From positions 1,736,001 through 1,800,000 of the forward strand of contig NC_079239.1 of the NCBI RefSeq assembly GCF_027921745.1: a DNA stretch of 64,000 bases. Reading direction: 5' to 3'. Numbering within the stretch: position 1 is the first letter of the stretch; the number at the start of each line of letters is the position of its first letter. A model generated the notes under the pieces. It did no database searches and had not been told where the DNA came from. It was given only the letters and a program-made list of their open reading frames with translations. Shown here piece after piece: positions 11,707 through 23,771 of this stretch. Made by a program: the position numbers and the translations under genes. Origin of the DNA: Schizosaccharomyces osmophilus. Its lineage: Eukaryota.

Positions 11707-13698
11707 TTAGATCACTTGATACCATTTACAAAGAAGTACTGAAAACACTGCAAATAGTATAAGACTTCCAAGAATACCAAAAAACCATTGAAGGCCAGGA
11801 ACATCTTGACCTGGAACCTGAACGTTCATACCCCAGAGACCTGTCACCAGGTTCAAAGGAATAAGAATGGTACCCAATATTGTTAATCGGGACAAGACTT
11901 CGTTTGTTTCATTTGACACCAATGTCATATTGATTGAGATCTGAGCCAAGTAGTTGGAATGACTTCTCGATAGAATTTTTTCATAATGATTCAAGTTTTG
12001 AACCATTGTCACAATATGATCTTGAACATCACCAAGATAAAGAGCAATTTCTCCCCTAGGTGCGACTTGCCAAGATTCATTGCATCGTTTTGATAAACCT
12101 CGAACAACATCAGCTTTATTTGCAAGTAGCCTCAGTAAGCTCATAATTAGTTTTCTACATTCACCAACACGTTTCAGCATACTTTCCTGAGGCTTTACCT
12201 CTAAAACGTGTTCGTGATGAATACCCAAAATAATTTCATCAATCGTATCTACTTCGTCCTCAATCTTCTCGATAAAGGGAGCAAATGCATCTGTAGTATC
12301 ATCTAACAGAGCATACGCTATCCAATCCGCATTTATAGTCAGATATCCGTTCAATTGGCGAATTCTCCGGCGTACGTTCGCTGGGTGTGGGGTTGGATTC
12401 ATGTGAAAAGTAAGAATTCCGTCGCGGAACACAACGAGATAAAAGTTCAATGGCTTCAAGTACTCGGGCCCAGAAGGAAGCTGATTAAAAGATCGGAATG
12501 TTACAAAATAGTAAGATCGGAAAAGCTCTACCTTTTCGCGATCTTCCGCCATGGTTATATCCTCCACTGTCAAAGGATGAATACCAAATGTCTTCGCAAG
12601 GATACGTATTTCTTCTTCTTTGGGGGACGAGACATCTAACCACCAAGTTCCACCGGATCGGAAAAGGTTCTCAAATGTTTGATTATCATGTGCAAGTTCC
12701 CACATTTCATGAGAATGAATCGTCGATGGCAATTCTTCCGTAAAGAATGTAAATCTGTAAGGACGATCAACCTCAGATTTTCGTAATTGAGCCCATCGAT
12801 CGCGAATACGATATCGACCATTGACAAGCAATGGTTCGCTCATTTTTCTATTTCGCTCCTTACGATGATCAGATTCTTCATCGGTGAATTCATCAACTGT
12901 TTCTTTCATCTTTGCTGCCCACTCATCCATAATGGAGAAATCCGGATCATGAAGATGATGCGTGGAGATGGGTAAGAACAATTCGTCACGCCCTTCGACA
13001 ACCTCTTGAGCCTCTTCGTTAACTTGATTATTTGCATATTGTTCATAATGATTCGAGGGAGATTTAGGGGATTTACCAAATGAAGGCTGAGAAGAAATGC
13101 CAAAGTCGCTTACGTCGCCGTCGTGGCTATCTTTACGGGGTTTCTCTTCAGATTGTCTTGATATGCTTTCAGGGTGGCTCTCCGGCATGGGTATGTCTTC
13201 GGAAAAATCTTCATCGCTCTCGTTGAGCTTGTTTGCTTGAAATTTCGGGGAGGAGCAAAGAGAGCTTGGCATTGACGGAGGATTATTAACATCCTTGGCA
13301 AGCTTTTTATCATTGTATTGATATGCATTTCCATTTGAGTCGTCAAGCAAACGAGTTTCCTCCGTTGGTTCGTCATCTGTGTTTTGTACATTTTTCAGGC
13401 TAGGATCTAAAGGGAAATATGGACGCGATCGATTGGACATGCGTCCATGAAGGTTCCTCGGCATACTTAAAAACCTCAAAGCATCAAATGCGGGATCCAA
13501 ATCGTTTGGCACTGATTGAGAAGCTTGATCATTTTCCACTTTAGCCTCATGAGGTATATGAGGCTTTCTATCCGTATTTATATCCATCACACGCGCGGAT
13601 GAATTGCTAATATTCATGGGAGGGCGTTTGGATGGACGTTTAGACGACGAAGATGGGCCAGGCATCGTGAACTTGCTTACTGTATCATCTGTAGGCAT
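11707..13698 (-). CDS. mnr2: CorA-family magnesium transporter (Mnr2-like)
   Basis: 663 aa ORF with WWLDV, FGIHPLTVEDI and two C-terminal TM helices carrying the GMN signature (GLWGMNV). Confidence 0.92.
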   Translation of the reverse strand: MPTDDTVSKFTMPGPSSSSKRPSKRPPMNISNSSARVMDINTDRKPHIPHEAKVENDQASQSVPNDLDPAFDALRFLSMPRNLHGRMSNRSRPYFPLDPSLKNVQNTDDEPTEETRLLDDSNGNAYQYNDKKLAKDVNNPPSMPSSLCSSPKFQANKLNESDEDFSEDIPMPESHPESISRQSEEKPRKDSHDGDVSDFGISSQPSFGKSPKSPSNHYEQYANNQVNEEAQEVVEGRDELFLPISTHHLHDPDFSIMDEWAAKMKETVDEFTDEESDHRKERNRKMSEPLLVNGRYRIRDRWAQLRKSEVDRPYRFTFFTEELPSTIHSHEMWELAHDNQTFENLFRSGGTWWLDVSSPKEEEIRILAKTFGIHPLTVEDITMAEDREKVELFRSYYFVTFRSFNQLPSGPEYLKPLNFYLVVFRDGILTFHMNPTPHPANVRRRIRQLNGYLTINADWIAYALLDDTTDAFAPFIEKIEDEVDTIDEIILGIHHEHVLEVKPQESMLKRVGECRKLIMSLLRLLANKADVVRGLSKRCNESWQVAPRGEIALYLGDVQDHIVTMVQNLNHYEKILSRSHSNYLAQISINMTLVSNETNEVLSRLTILGTILIPLNLVTGLWGMNVQVPGQDVPGLQWFFGILGSLILFAVFSVLLCKWYQVI

Positions 13699-14568
13699 TC
13701 ACTCTTTATTGCCAGCTATACATTAGACTTTTTATTTTTTAAATTCCCTTGCACTTTTAAAACAACTAAATTTATTATACCAAGAAAAAATTAGTACTTT
13801 TTTCCCCTGTGGTGAGTTTGGAAAAGAATTGGCGATGGATGGGGTTTACGCTAATATGAGCAGGTAGTAACACCAAGATGAATCATTTCCAAATTTAGAA
13901 ATACAGTCCATTTTCGTTGTTTCCAGTGATACTTTCTATCATCATTACTAATTTTTTTTTTTTTTTCATTTTTAATCTAATTTTTTCGTTCGGCATCGAC
14001 TTGTGTGAACAAAGTGAACATCCTGAATTGAGACATAAATAGAGATTCTTCACTTCATGTCTAGTGTAGGCTACAAAACTTTTTTATGTTTATTTTTCTC
14101 TATTTTTTTATACTTCACACGCCTTTACAGCTACTTCAATTAGCAGAATGGAGATTGTAAAATAAATTTTCAAGAAATTTGAAAACATCATGAAACGTAA
14201 ACAAAGAAATAATATAGCATCACGTATATGCTTTTCATTCGCAAACGAATTTTTGGTTTCTTTTGACAAAGATTTGAAATAACAATTTATTAATGATCGT
14301 AAATTTTATTTTATTTTATTTTATTTTATTTTTTTTGATCTTTATCGCTTTTTTTTCTTTACTTTTTATCCATGTACATCAGAACAAAATTGGAATTCTC
14401 TAGATTGCGGTAAGCATAAATAATGCACTTTATTCAGATATGGTAAGCTGCTTTGTGGCTCATTATTTGCGTCATATATACACGGTACTATCTAGCCGAC
14501 ATAACACCATCCTACACTCACCTTTTACCAACTTCTACCAAAAGACAAATTTCCATAGTCTTGCAAAT

Positions 14569-15932
14569 ATGAGCGATTCTCGCGAAAGTTATGTGTATCT
14601 CGCCAAATTAGCTGAACAGGCTGAACGCTACGAAGGTAAGAAGCTTTTATCCTTCTTGGGATAATAAAGAAGGGTTATCAGTGGAGAATTCCGCATGACA
14701 TGCTGGGATGCCTGAAAGAAAAGTAAAGAAACGTAGTTTATGAACGAGCCTTGTAGTTTTATTCGCATGGATTCTTTGTGTTTTGGCTTGTATGCAAACG
14801 ATACTTGAATGCTTGAGACACCGTCGAGAGCCAGGGTTTGTGCGTGGTAGCTTATCTTGCGGGCCGAGGGAAGAAGAGCATTGTTCATTACAATTTAAAA
14901 TAACCGTATAATTGGTTTGACGGACCATTGAGTTGTTTACCCCATAAATGAAAGAGTTCAGTCTGGAACTCTTTTGAATAAAAAACACCAGGGTTTTTGA
15001 TAAATTCTTCTTCTCCACTTCTGTTTGTCACAGTACCGTTTGCTTTGTTAACACAATTTTGGCTTAGAAATGCTTTTGTTTTACTTTTCAAGCCAAGATG
15101 TCTACTTTCTCTCCGTTTGCGTGGTTGCGGGATTCAAAATTGATATCATTTCTTATTATGCTGAATTAAACAAATTTACTAACTATTTGCAGAAATGGTG
15201 GAGAATATGAAAAAAGTTGCCGGCTTAGATGAAAAGCTCACAGTTGAAGAACGTAACTTATTGTCCGTCGCTTACAAAAACATCATCGGTGCCCGTAGAG
15301 CTTCTTGGCGTATTATTTCTTCAATAGAACAAAAGGAAGAGAGCAGGGGTAACACTAAACAAGTTGGTCTGATTAAGGAATACCGCAAGAAGATTGAAGA
15401 AGAACTCGCTGAAATTTGCAAAGATGTTCTCCAAGTTCTTGAGAAGCATTTGATTCCTGTTGCTGGTACTGGCGAATCTAAGGTTTTCTACTACAAAATG
15501 AAGGGTGACTACTACCGCTACCTTGCAGAATTTGCTGTCGGTGATATTTGCAAACAAGCCGCTGATAGCTCCTTGGAAGCATACAAGTCTGCCTCCGACA
15601 TTGCTGTTGCTGAACTCCCTCCCACCGATCCTATGCGTTTGGGTCTTGCTCTTAACTTTTCTGTTTTCTACTATGAAATTCTTGACTCCCCCGACAGAGC
15701 ATGCCAGTTGGCCAAACAAGCCTTTGATGAGGCTATTTCCGAACTTGACAGCCTTTCGGAAGAATCTTATAAGGATTCCACTTTGATTATGCAACTTCTC
15801 CGTGACAATTTGACTTTATGGACCTCAGACGCAGAATACAACAACTCTTCTAAAGAAGAGCCTGCCCCTACGTCTCCCGAAGTTGAGTCTGTTGAGCCCA
15901 ATCAGCATGCCGCTGACTCCTCCAATGCTTAA
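14569..15932 (+). CDS. rad25: 14-3-3 protein Rad25, 2 exons
   Basis: Exon 14569-14635 ([22 protein letters not shown]) and exon 15193-15932 ([28 protein letters not shown]). The 557 nt intron reads GTAAGA...ACTAAC...CAG and splices in frame. Confidence 0.95.
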
Positions 15933-16235
15933 GATATGAACTGTTTCTTTAATGTCATGAATGCGCAGCTTTTTCTATTAAATGTTATTAAAAGGTTAAT
16001 GCGCTGTTCTTACTATGCATATATGAGTTGATACCGATATTTTTTACTAGTCTCGTAGACATATGTGTAGGTTATTATTGCTGACAAGTCAACATGCTGT
16101 TCTCTCATTTAATCCTTCCTTATGTCTATCGTTGTATCGACGGAGCCTATCTCTTGAACTTACGGACGGATTAGTCTCTTCAAATGCAATTTAGATTAGA
16201 TGCAATGCAATATAATATATTATGTTAACCTGTAT

Positions 16236-18995
16236 TTAAAGCCCGAACAAGTACATAAGTTCTTTCTTGTCAAGACTGGAAAGGGACTGTATACGTTCGC
16301 TTCCCATCGTCTTTTGAATCAAATCACGCTTTTTCTCTTGTACTGCAACAATCTTTTCTTCCACTGTATTTTCTGTAATCAAGCGATATATAGTAACTGG
16401 TTTGCGCTGACCTAGTCTATATACGCGATCGATCGCTTGATCTTCTAGACTGGGATTGTAAAAAGGATCTTGCAAAATCACATGGTTGGCAGCCGTAAGA
16501 TTTAATCCAATACTACCGCATTTTAGTGAGATTAACATTACAGTAACATTCAAATCATGAGTAAACTCTTGGATTGAATGGTCTCTTTGGATAGATGACA
16601 TGCTTCCATCGTATCTAACATGATTCACATGTTCCGTGCGTAGCATATGAGAAACAATGTCCAGATATCGAGAAAACTGAGAATATACAAGGATTTTATC
16701 TTGAGTCCCCTTAGCGATAACACCTTTAATAATATCCAACAACTTCACCATTTTCGATGAAGAGGTACATTCACCCAACCTCTTCCCGAACTTCTTTCGA
16801 AAATCTTGTTCATATCGATTATTCCATAGGAGCACTTTATCTATACTATGCTGTTCTTCGTTTTCTTTTGCTACAGTTTCATTCTGTCTTCGCAGTGATC
16901 GAAGTTGGGATATAGATTTCAAGCTTCCAAACACCGCTTGAATTGTATTCTCCGAAACCAAGTGGTCCTTTGGAAAAGTGCCTCTGCACATAGGGCACTT
17001 TGGATCAGGTTGACTCTGGCTAGCGGGATGCTCCAGAAGCATCCCCATACACTCCTGACAAGTATAATGCCCGCAAGGAACGATAAAGACAGGAGACAGA
17101 GTGGAGTCAAGACAGACACTGCAAATGAAATCTTCAATTGTATTTATCCTCTCAACTACAGAAGGACTGAGTGTTTTACATATTTCTCGTGAGAAGTCAG
17201 AATCACAAACTTTCAAAGCAGCGGCAGGCTCCTTAACTTTTAGAAGCCAAGGATGGCAGCATAATTGCCGGAGACGAAGTAAGGAGACTAGAACGTTTCC
17301 ATATGTAGAAGAACGGTCCAAGACATAATTGGCCAATAGAGACTGTGCTTGGTTCATTTGCTCCGCATATGTGCAGCGTTCTTCGGGAGTGAATGATACC
17401 GGGATTACCTGAACGCATTTTTCAGGAAGGTCTATAATTCGTTTATCATTAATATGCGTATTTTTGGTTCTTCGGAGGACAAGGGCACTCAAAAGAGCGC
17501 GCAAACGTTGCATAGCAGCCTTCACAATATCTTGCCTATAAGACCTGAGTGGTCGAGAAAAGTCCTTGACGAACATGCTCCAAACGGAATAGGGTTTCAC
17601 CCTCAAAAATTTGATTAGACTGTACAACTCATCGACGTTATTTTGTAAAGGAGTACCAGTTAAGCACCAACGGTAGATGGAATTTAATTGGAAGCAGGCA
17701 TTAGCAGCCTGGGTATTACGATTGCGGATGGTATGAGCTTCATCCAAAATGACTCGGTACCATGGGGTATCTAGAAAGGGAGTAGAAGCGGGAGGGACAA
17801 GCCGGCCACTATGGGCGTGTTGAATGAAAAGCTCTTTTTGCCGTAGTTCTTGGGACAACGTGCTATAAGTGGTGAGAACAATGTCGAAACGAGCGAGTTG
17901 TTCACTGGTATAATTTTTTTTAGCACCGCCGTGATGAATGTAGACGGAGAAATGCTTGGAAGGATGAACCTTGAGTGAGAGTTCACTTGCCCATTGGCTT
18001 AAGAGTGCCACAGGAACAACAATCAAATTGGATTTACGACTCGGATCAAAAGAACGGTGGCTCAGGAGCAAGGCGATGGTTTGCACGGTCTTGCCAAGAC
18101 CCATGTCATCGGCCAACAAGCCACCGTGCTTTGGACTTTGTTCCATAGACTGCATCCAACTGTGGCCTTGCACCTGATGAGCAAGGAGGGGAACAAGGAG
18201 GCCGGCTTGGGAAACGTCCTCTTGAACCTTTCCGACGTCCAGGGACTCGGAATGGGATGTGTAAGAGTCTTCTAAGAGATTATGGAGTTCATCAGAGACA
18301 TGCTTTGGGACAGCGACTCGTTCATAAGATGGAGAAAGGGAAGGAGGAGGAGATGGTGATGGGATGGGAGAGGGAAAGGCGTTTGGACGATGAGTAAGAT
18401 CTTTTGCGGTAACAAAGGGACCAAAAGGAGATACTTTCGAGGGTGGAGGAGGAGACGGAGGTGGGAATTCGTCGTCGAGATCAATTGGATGTTGTTGAGA
18501 GCCGGAAGAAGATGATGCTTGAAGGGTAGAGTGAGATGCCGATGCAGAAGGAGTGGAAGTGGAGGCCCTGGAAGGAGGGCAAAACGGACGATTTTGAAAA
18601 GACCAAAGACGTTGTTGGCGCCAGCGCCGAAGGGAAGATGGTTGGGGGGAATGTCGTTTGGCGGGAGGGGAGGAAGAAGATGAACCAGCGAAATGAGAAG
18701 GCGTGGACACGGATGAGGAAGCCCGAGAGGAGGATGGATGAGTGGAAGAAGGTTGTTGGTTTCTAAAAACAATGGTTAATTTTGATCAGCCAAGTGATTA
18801 TCCAAGTGAAAAGGAATACCCATACACATACAAAGGAATGGGGCGGGAGGAAGAGGAAATACTGGGAAGAGGGGGAGAAGAAGGTCGGTTGAGTTCCTCT
18901 TGGAGAAAACGAGCAAAAGCTTCATCAGCCTCGAGTTGGTCGGGTGATGTGGAGGAAAACGCGGCAGGGTCTAAAGCAAGCGGTAGAGACGACAT
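16236..18995 (-). CDS. rrp1: SNF2-family ATPase / RING ubiquitin ligase (Rrp1/Uls1-like), 2 exons
   Basis: Helicase motifs [25 protein letters not shown] and [11 protein letters not shown], with a RING finger inserted. Exon 1 (18995-18832) splices in frame through GTATGT...TAG to exon 2 (18762-16236). Confidence 0.88.
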
Positions 18996-21301
18996 GGAAG
19001 AGGCGAAACCGAGAATGTCATGGTTTCAGTCCAACATTCCATGAAAACAATTCAACAGAAAAAGGAAAAAAGATGGAAACGGAAGGATGTCCTACGAGAA
19101 ACAAGTCAATTTGAGATTTCGTCGTTCAAGAGGAAGAGGTGGCGGTGGTAGCAAAGATGGATAGTTCGTTCAAGTGCGTTATCCAACCATCCTGTTGAAA
19201 CCAAGGAAAGCTTACAGTTGAAGAATGGTTTCGAATGGTTTCGATGCTTTTGAATGGATTTGTAAGTGTTTTCAAGATGAAATGAATTGTACTGAAATAA
19301 TTTCTAATTTTAGTAATAGACTAAGCTTTCGCTTTTCCATACGTGTACAGCACAGCTACTAGTCTAGTCCCATGTTGGACGAGAAGGAAGCGGATCTTTC
19401 TTTCTTTTCCTCTCCCCGCCAAGAGAAGGGTAGTTTTAGGTGGCGGTCGAGACCAAAGAACGAAATATGAGGGGTTAAGCCTCGCGTTATTATGAGGGGT
19501 AGGTTGACTTCACTGATCGTGATTGACTCGTCAAACCCCTCTTTACTTGAACCAATCAAGTCCCAAGGATACCGCAGATCAAGATTTCCATATGCAGAGT
19601 AACAAAGCCACTTTTGCAAGAAGTAGCGAGAAATGTTTGTTTTTATTTTTGAAAAGTTTATTCAAATTCTAGTTGACGTGATAATGTTCTACTATTTAAA
19701 GAACAAACAACAAGAAAAAAGAACAATAAATAAATAAAAAAATTAATTTGTTGTGTTGTTTGTGGTTTTTTATCGCTTTTTTGTTTATATTATATTTCAT
19801 AATTACTACCCACGTATTCATGACGCAATTTCTTCGCAAGAATTAAAGATTGGTTAGACCCTCGCATCCTAGTTATCCCTTCGGTTGGCATGGAATGTTG
19901 AAAAAAAAAAAATTCGGTTTGCTCCACGAAATTCTCCTTCCACCTCCAGGCCATGACAACATAAACAAACAAATCAATACACGACTTTTATGGCAAACAA
20001 GAAACGAATCAACACGGATTCGATACAAAGAATAAAGAGAAAAAGAAATATCAATAAACATTCGTCTATACCACAATAAAAGCAAGTTTCAACAAAAATG
20101 AACAACAAAATCAATAATGATTAAAATAGTAATAGTAATAATAATAATTATAATAATCCACCTCCCACCATCAACAAAAGAATACAACACGTCCTTGAAC
20201 CTTCTCCTCTTTCTCCTCTTCTAGTGATGTCATGTCCCTCTTATAGAACACGAAAGCAACGGACCTTGGCAAAGTGTTGTTACGCGTCGCGTCTCTATTT
20301 AATACTGCCCATCACCGGCTCCTGCTCTTCTCTACCTTTGGGTTTCTTCCTGTACTGTTGCTGTTGTTTTGTTTTTTTTTCTCCCATCCACTGGGTTCGT
20401 TCGTTCTTTCTTCCTTTTCGTCCCGTTTTCTCATTTCTTTTGTTTTTGGTTTTCTAGTTTTATTTTTTGATTCCATTGGACGACCCTCGTCTTTTTCATT
20501 GAAAATCTCTTGTTTTTGGTGTCTTCTTTAGCCATTCTTCAGCCACTCTTTGCTTTCCTATTCATACTACTATTCTACTATTCTACCTTCAATCTCAATC
20601 TCACCTATTTCTCACGATTGACCATTCCCTCGCAATCACTCCTCTCACTAACGGTTAATCGTCACTCACTGTCTCATCGATTCTTTGTGTGTGCCTCTTT
20701 TGTTCGCCGGTTTTCCTCCGATTGCCGCCTGTACCCGACTTATCCTCGGACAAAATTTTGGTTCCTCTTAACGCCTAATTCTTTTCATTCGCCCTGTTCA
20801 GCTTGATTCGCTCTCACCCTTCGGTTGCTTTCTCTGGTGCAGTCATTTTTGTTTGTGTTGGAATTTGCCACCTTTGCTCTTTCCCTTCATAACGTATCGT
20901 TTGCTCTCGTTCAAAGTGTCCCTTTGTGCACTGTTTACAATAGAATTACGCTGTCTCTACTCTTCGTTATTCTACCAAGTATATAAATATACTCAGCGCA
21001 CAACAGCTCCCCTTCTTGTTGTATTCTCTTTTTATTTCGCGTTCTCCCCGTTCCTCCTTCTTTTCTTTACTGTTTTTAGTTACGCTCAGTTTTGGAGCTT
21101 TGTCTTAATTAGTGCTTCTTTTTGTGGCTATTCTCTGCTTTTCTGACAAGCTCTTGTGTACGTCTCTTCTACTCCAATCACATATCTTTGTTTTTCTCTT
21201 TTCCCTTTTTGCTTTTCAAACATACACATTTCAAGTTTTTGTTTGTCTCGTTTCCTTTCTCTGAATAGCCTCTTGTCTATTACAATTTTCTCTCTCTCCC
21301 G

Positions 21302-21326
21302 ACACACACATATATATATATATATA
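21302..21326. repeat. compound (AC)n(AT)n microsatellite
   Basis: acacacacatatatatatatatata seen directly in the sequence. Confidence 0.8.
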
Positions 21327-21932
21327 ACTTTGTTTATATCCTTCTTTCTTTTGAGAATTCCCCGTTTTTTTTGAAGCGTTCGCAATCTCTTGATTTCCTT
21401 GGATTGTCGGTTTATTCGTACCCTTTACGTTTCCCATACTTTCCATTACAAAGAAACAACTAAAACGGTTTTTGTTTTGTTTTGTTTCATTCTTCTTTCT
21501 ATTTTACCTTTTTCCACATTTTTAAAGGTTTTATTTGCATCTTCTTTTGCATTGGTTCATATTTCTTTTTTTTTCCTCATTGGCTAAAAAATTTGTATTC
21601 CAATTAATTTATCACGGTCGCTTTCCCTTTGCATTTTTGTGTTTGTTTTCCTTGTTTCTTGCGATAATCTCAAAATTCAAAAACATACTTCTTGTTTGTT
21701 TATTTTCCACTTTCTTGTGTGTTACTTTTCTTTTCATTCCCTGTTCTTTGAGAAGGTTTCTGTTTCGCCTTCTATTTGATTGACTCTTCCTAGCGTCAAT
21801 TTTTTGATTGTCTGTTGTTTTCTTTACTTTCTTAAAAAAATAGTCTCTGCGTTTTCGCAAAGCTTCAGTTTACGTCCGCTTCTCTGTTTATCTTGATTTG
21901 TATTTCCTATTTTCTTTTCTTTTCGGTTTCAA

Positions 21933-23771
21933 ATGTCGATTGATTGCTTATATCAGCGTTCTTTGTTCCATCCCTCGTTCCTGCCTGCCAACCCGAGTTC
22001 TTCCGCTGAATCCGTTTTGAAAATGCCAGCTTCCTCGGGTCCCAGCATGCCGGATTACCAATCGTTGGCCCCACCTTTGTTGAAGCGCCCTTCCGTGGCT
22101 TCTCCCTATTCATCCGCCACCTCCCCCGTCTCTCCCATCAGCTTTGAACCAAAGAATAACGACACCCTTTGGATGGGAGATCTTGAAAGCTGGATGGATG
22201 CTACCTTCTTGCAACAGCTTTGGGCTTCTCTTGGCGAACCCGTCAACGTGAAGGTGATGCGTTCGAAAACTGCCTCTTCCGATGCTTTGATCAGCTACTG
22301 CTTTGTTCAATTCGCTTCTTCTGCTGCTGCCGATGTTGCTCTCAGAAAGTACAACAACACCGTCATTCCTGGTGCTCATTCCCTCTTTAAGCTGAATTGG
22401 GCTACAGGTGGTGGCATTCATCACGCCAACTATGTCAACAGAGAACCTGAATACAGCATTTTTGTTGGTGATTTGCTTCCTACTACCCAGGATTCCGATC
22501 TTTTTTTTACTTTCCATACCATCTATCCTTCTTGTACCTCGGCCAAGATTATCGTTGACCCCGTCACCGGGCTATCCAGAAAGTATGGCTTTGTTCGCTT
22601 TTCTAGCGAAAAGGAGCAACAACATGCTCTTATCCATATGCAAGGTTACTTGTGCCATGGCCGTCCCTTGCGTATATCTGTTGCTGCACCAAAGTCTCGT
22701 GCTTCAATAGCCGCTGATTCTGCATTAGGGATTGCTTCCAATCCCACCTCCAACAGACAACCCAATCAGGATTTGTGCAGCGTTGATCCATTGAATACCA
22801 CTGTTTTTGTTGGTGGTCTCTCCAACGACTTGGCAGAGAAGGAATTGCAGCTCTTTTTCCAACCTTTTGGCAAAATCTTGAACATTAAGATTCCTTACGG
22901 TAAGGGATGTGGTTTTGTTCAGTTCAATGACAAGTTTGCCGCCGAGCATGCTATTAATGCTTTGCAAGGTGCTTTGCTTGGTTCCTCTCACATTCGTCTT
23001 GCTTGGGGACATAATACACTCCCTGCTTCGGCCCTCGAGAGAGCCAGTGATGACAGTGATGAAGCTGCTTTTACAGCTGTTGGGTCAAATAATGCACCTG
23101 CTCCCGGCAATTTGGTTGGAGCAAATGCTAGCAACCTCAAGGGTGGTCCAGTTTCTCCTAGAAGTGCTGTTGCTGCCCAGTCTTTGCTTCCCAATTCTAT
23201 TGTCCATTCCTTGAATGGAATGGAACCTCTGAATGTTACCCCATTATCCCCTCCTCCCTTGTCTCGTTCTGCTTCTATTTCCCCCGCCTTGAGTGGTAGT
23301 GCTTCCGGTATGACTCCTCTTTCTTCCAATTTTTCTCATAACGGTGGACAGCAAGTACCTTCCTCGGTTTTGCATGCTGCCAGTATGAATACTACACCAA
23401 AGCCTCAGGCTAACGTGAAGCTTCCTGAATGGCTGCAATCATATGCCGGGGAAAATCAATCCTCTGCTGGAAGTCAAGACATTTTGGCCTCTCGAATGTC
23501 GTCTTTGAAATTGATGGACGATGAAGCGTTTGGTTACCCTGCCGCTTCTATTGGCCGTTCTAATTCTTGGTATCCCTTTGGCAAGGAACGTCAGTCCTCT
23601 CTGGTAGATGTTGCTGGCGAAAGAGAAAAGCTGGAATCTTTAGTGGATAGACGTTCGATTGGAGCAGGTGCTAGTGTTAGTGCTAAAAATCGGTTAGCCC
23701 GCCCTTATTCCTTCGGCCCCAGTGGCTCTCAATTTTTACAACCCACGTATCGCCTCCCCCGTGATGTATGA
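21933..23771 (+). CDS. csx1: triple-RRM RNA-binding protein Csx1 (Nam8/Ngr1 family)
   Basis: Three RRMs (TLWMGDL, SIFVGDL/KYGFVRF, TVFVGGL/KGCGFVQF) and a Ser/Pro-rich C-terminus. Confidence 0.9.
   Translation: MSIDCLYQRSLFHPSFLPANPSSSAESVLKMPASSGPSMPDYQSLAPPLLKRPSVASPYSSATSPVSPISFEPKNNDTLWMGDLESWMDATFLQQLWASLGEPVNVKVMRSKTASSDALISYCFVQFASSAAADVALRKYNNTVIPGAHSLFKLNWATGGGIHHANYVNREPEYSIFVGDLLPTTQDSDLFFTFHTIYPSCTSAKIIVDPVTGLSRKYGFVRFSSEKEQQHALIHMQGYLCHGRPLRISVAAPKSRASIAADSALGIASNPTSNRQPNQDLCSVDPLNTTVFVGGLSNDLAEKELQLFFQPFGKILNIKIPYGKGCGFVQFNDKFAAEHAINALQGALLGSSHIRLAWGHNTLPASALERASDDSDEAAFTAVGSNNAPAPGNLVGANASNLKGGPVSPRSAVAAQSLLPNSIVHSLNGMEPLNVTPLSPPPLSRSASISPALSGSASGMTPLSSNFSHNGGQQVPSSVLHAASMNTTPKPQANVKLPEWLQSYAGENQSSAGSQDILASRMSSLKLMDDEAFGYPAASIGRSNSWYPFGKERQSSLVDVAGEREKLESLVDRRSIGAGASVSAKNRLARPYSFGPSGSQFLQPTYRLPRDV

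Noticed and set aside
20224..21860. Many overlapping Phe/Leu-rich (plus) and Lys/Arg-rich (minus) ORFs
   Set aside because: By-product of extreme T/C skew; the plus-strand ORFs start at TTG/GTG rather than ATG and show no domain. Better explained as the csx1 leader.
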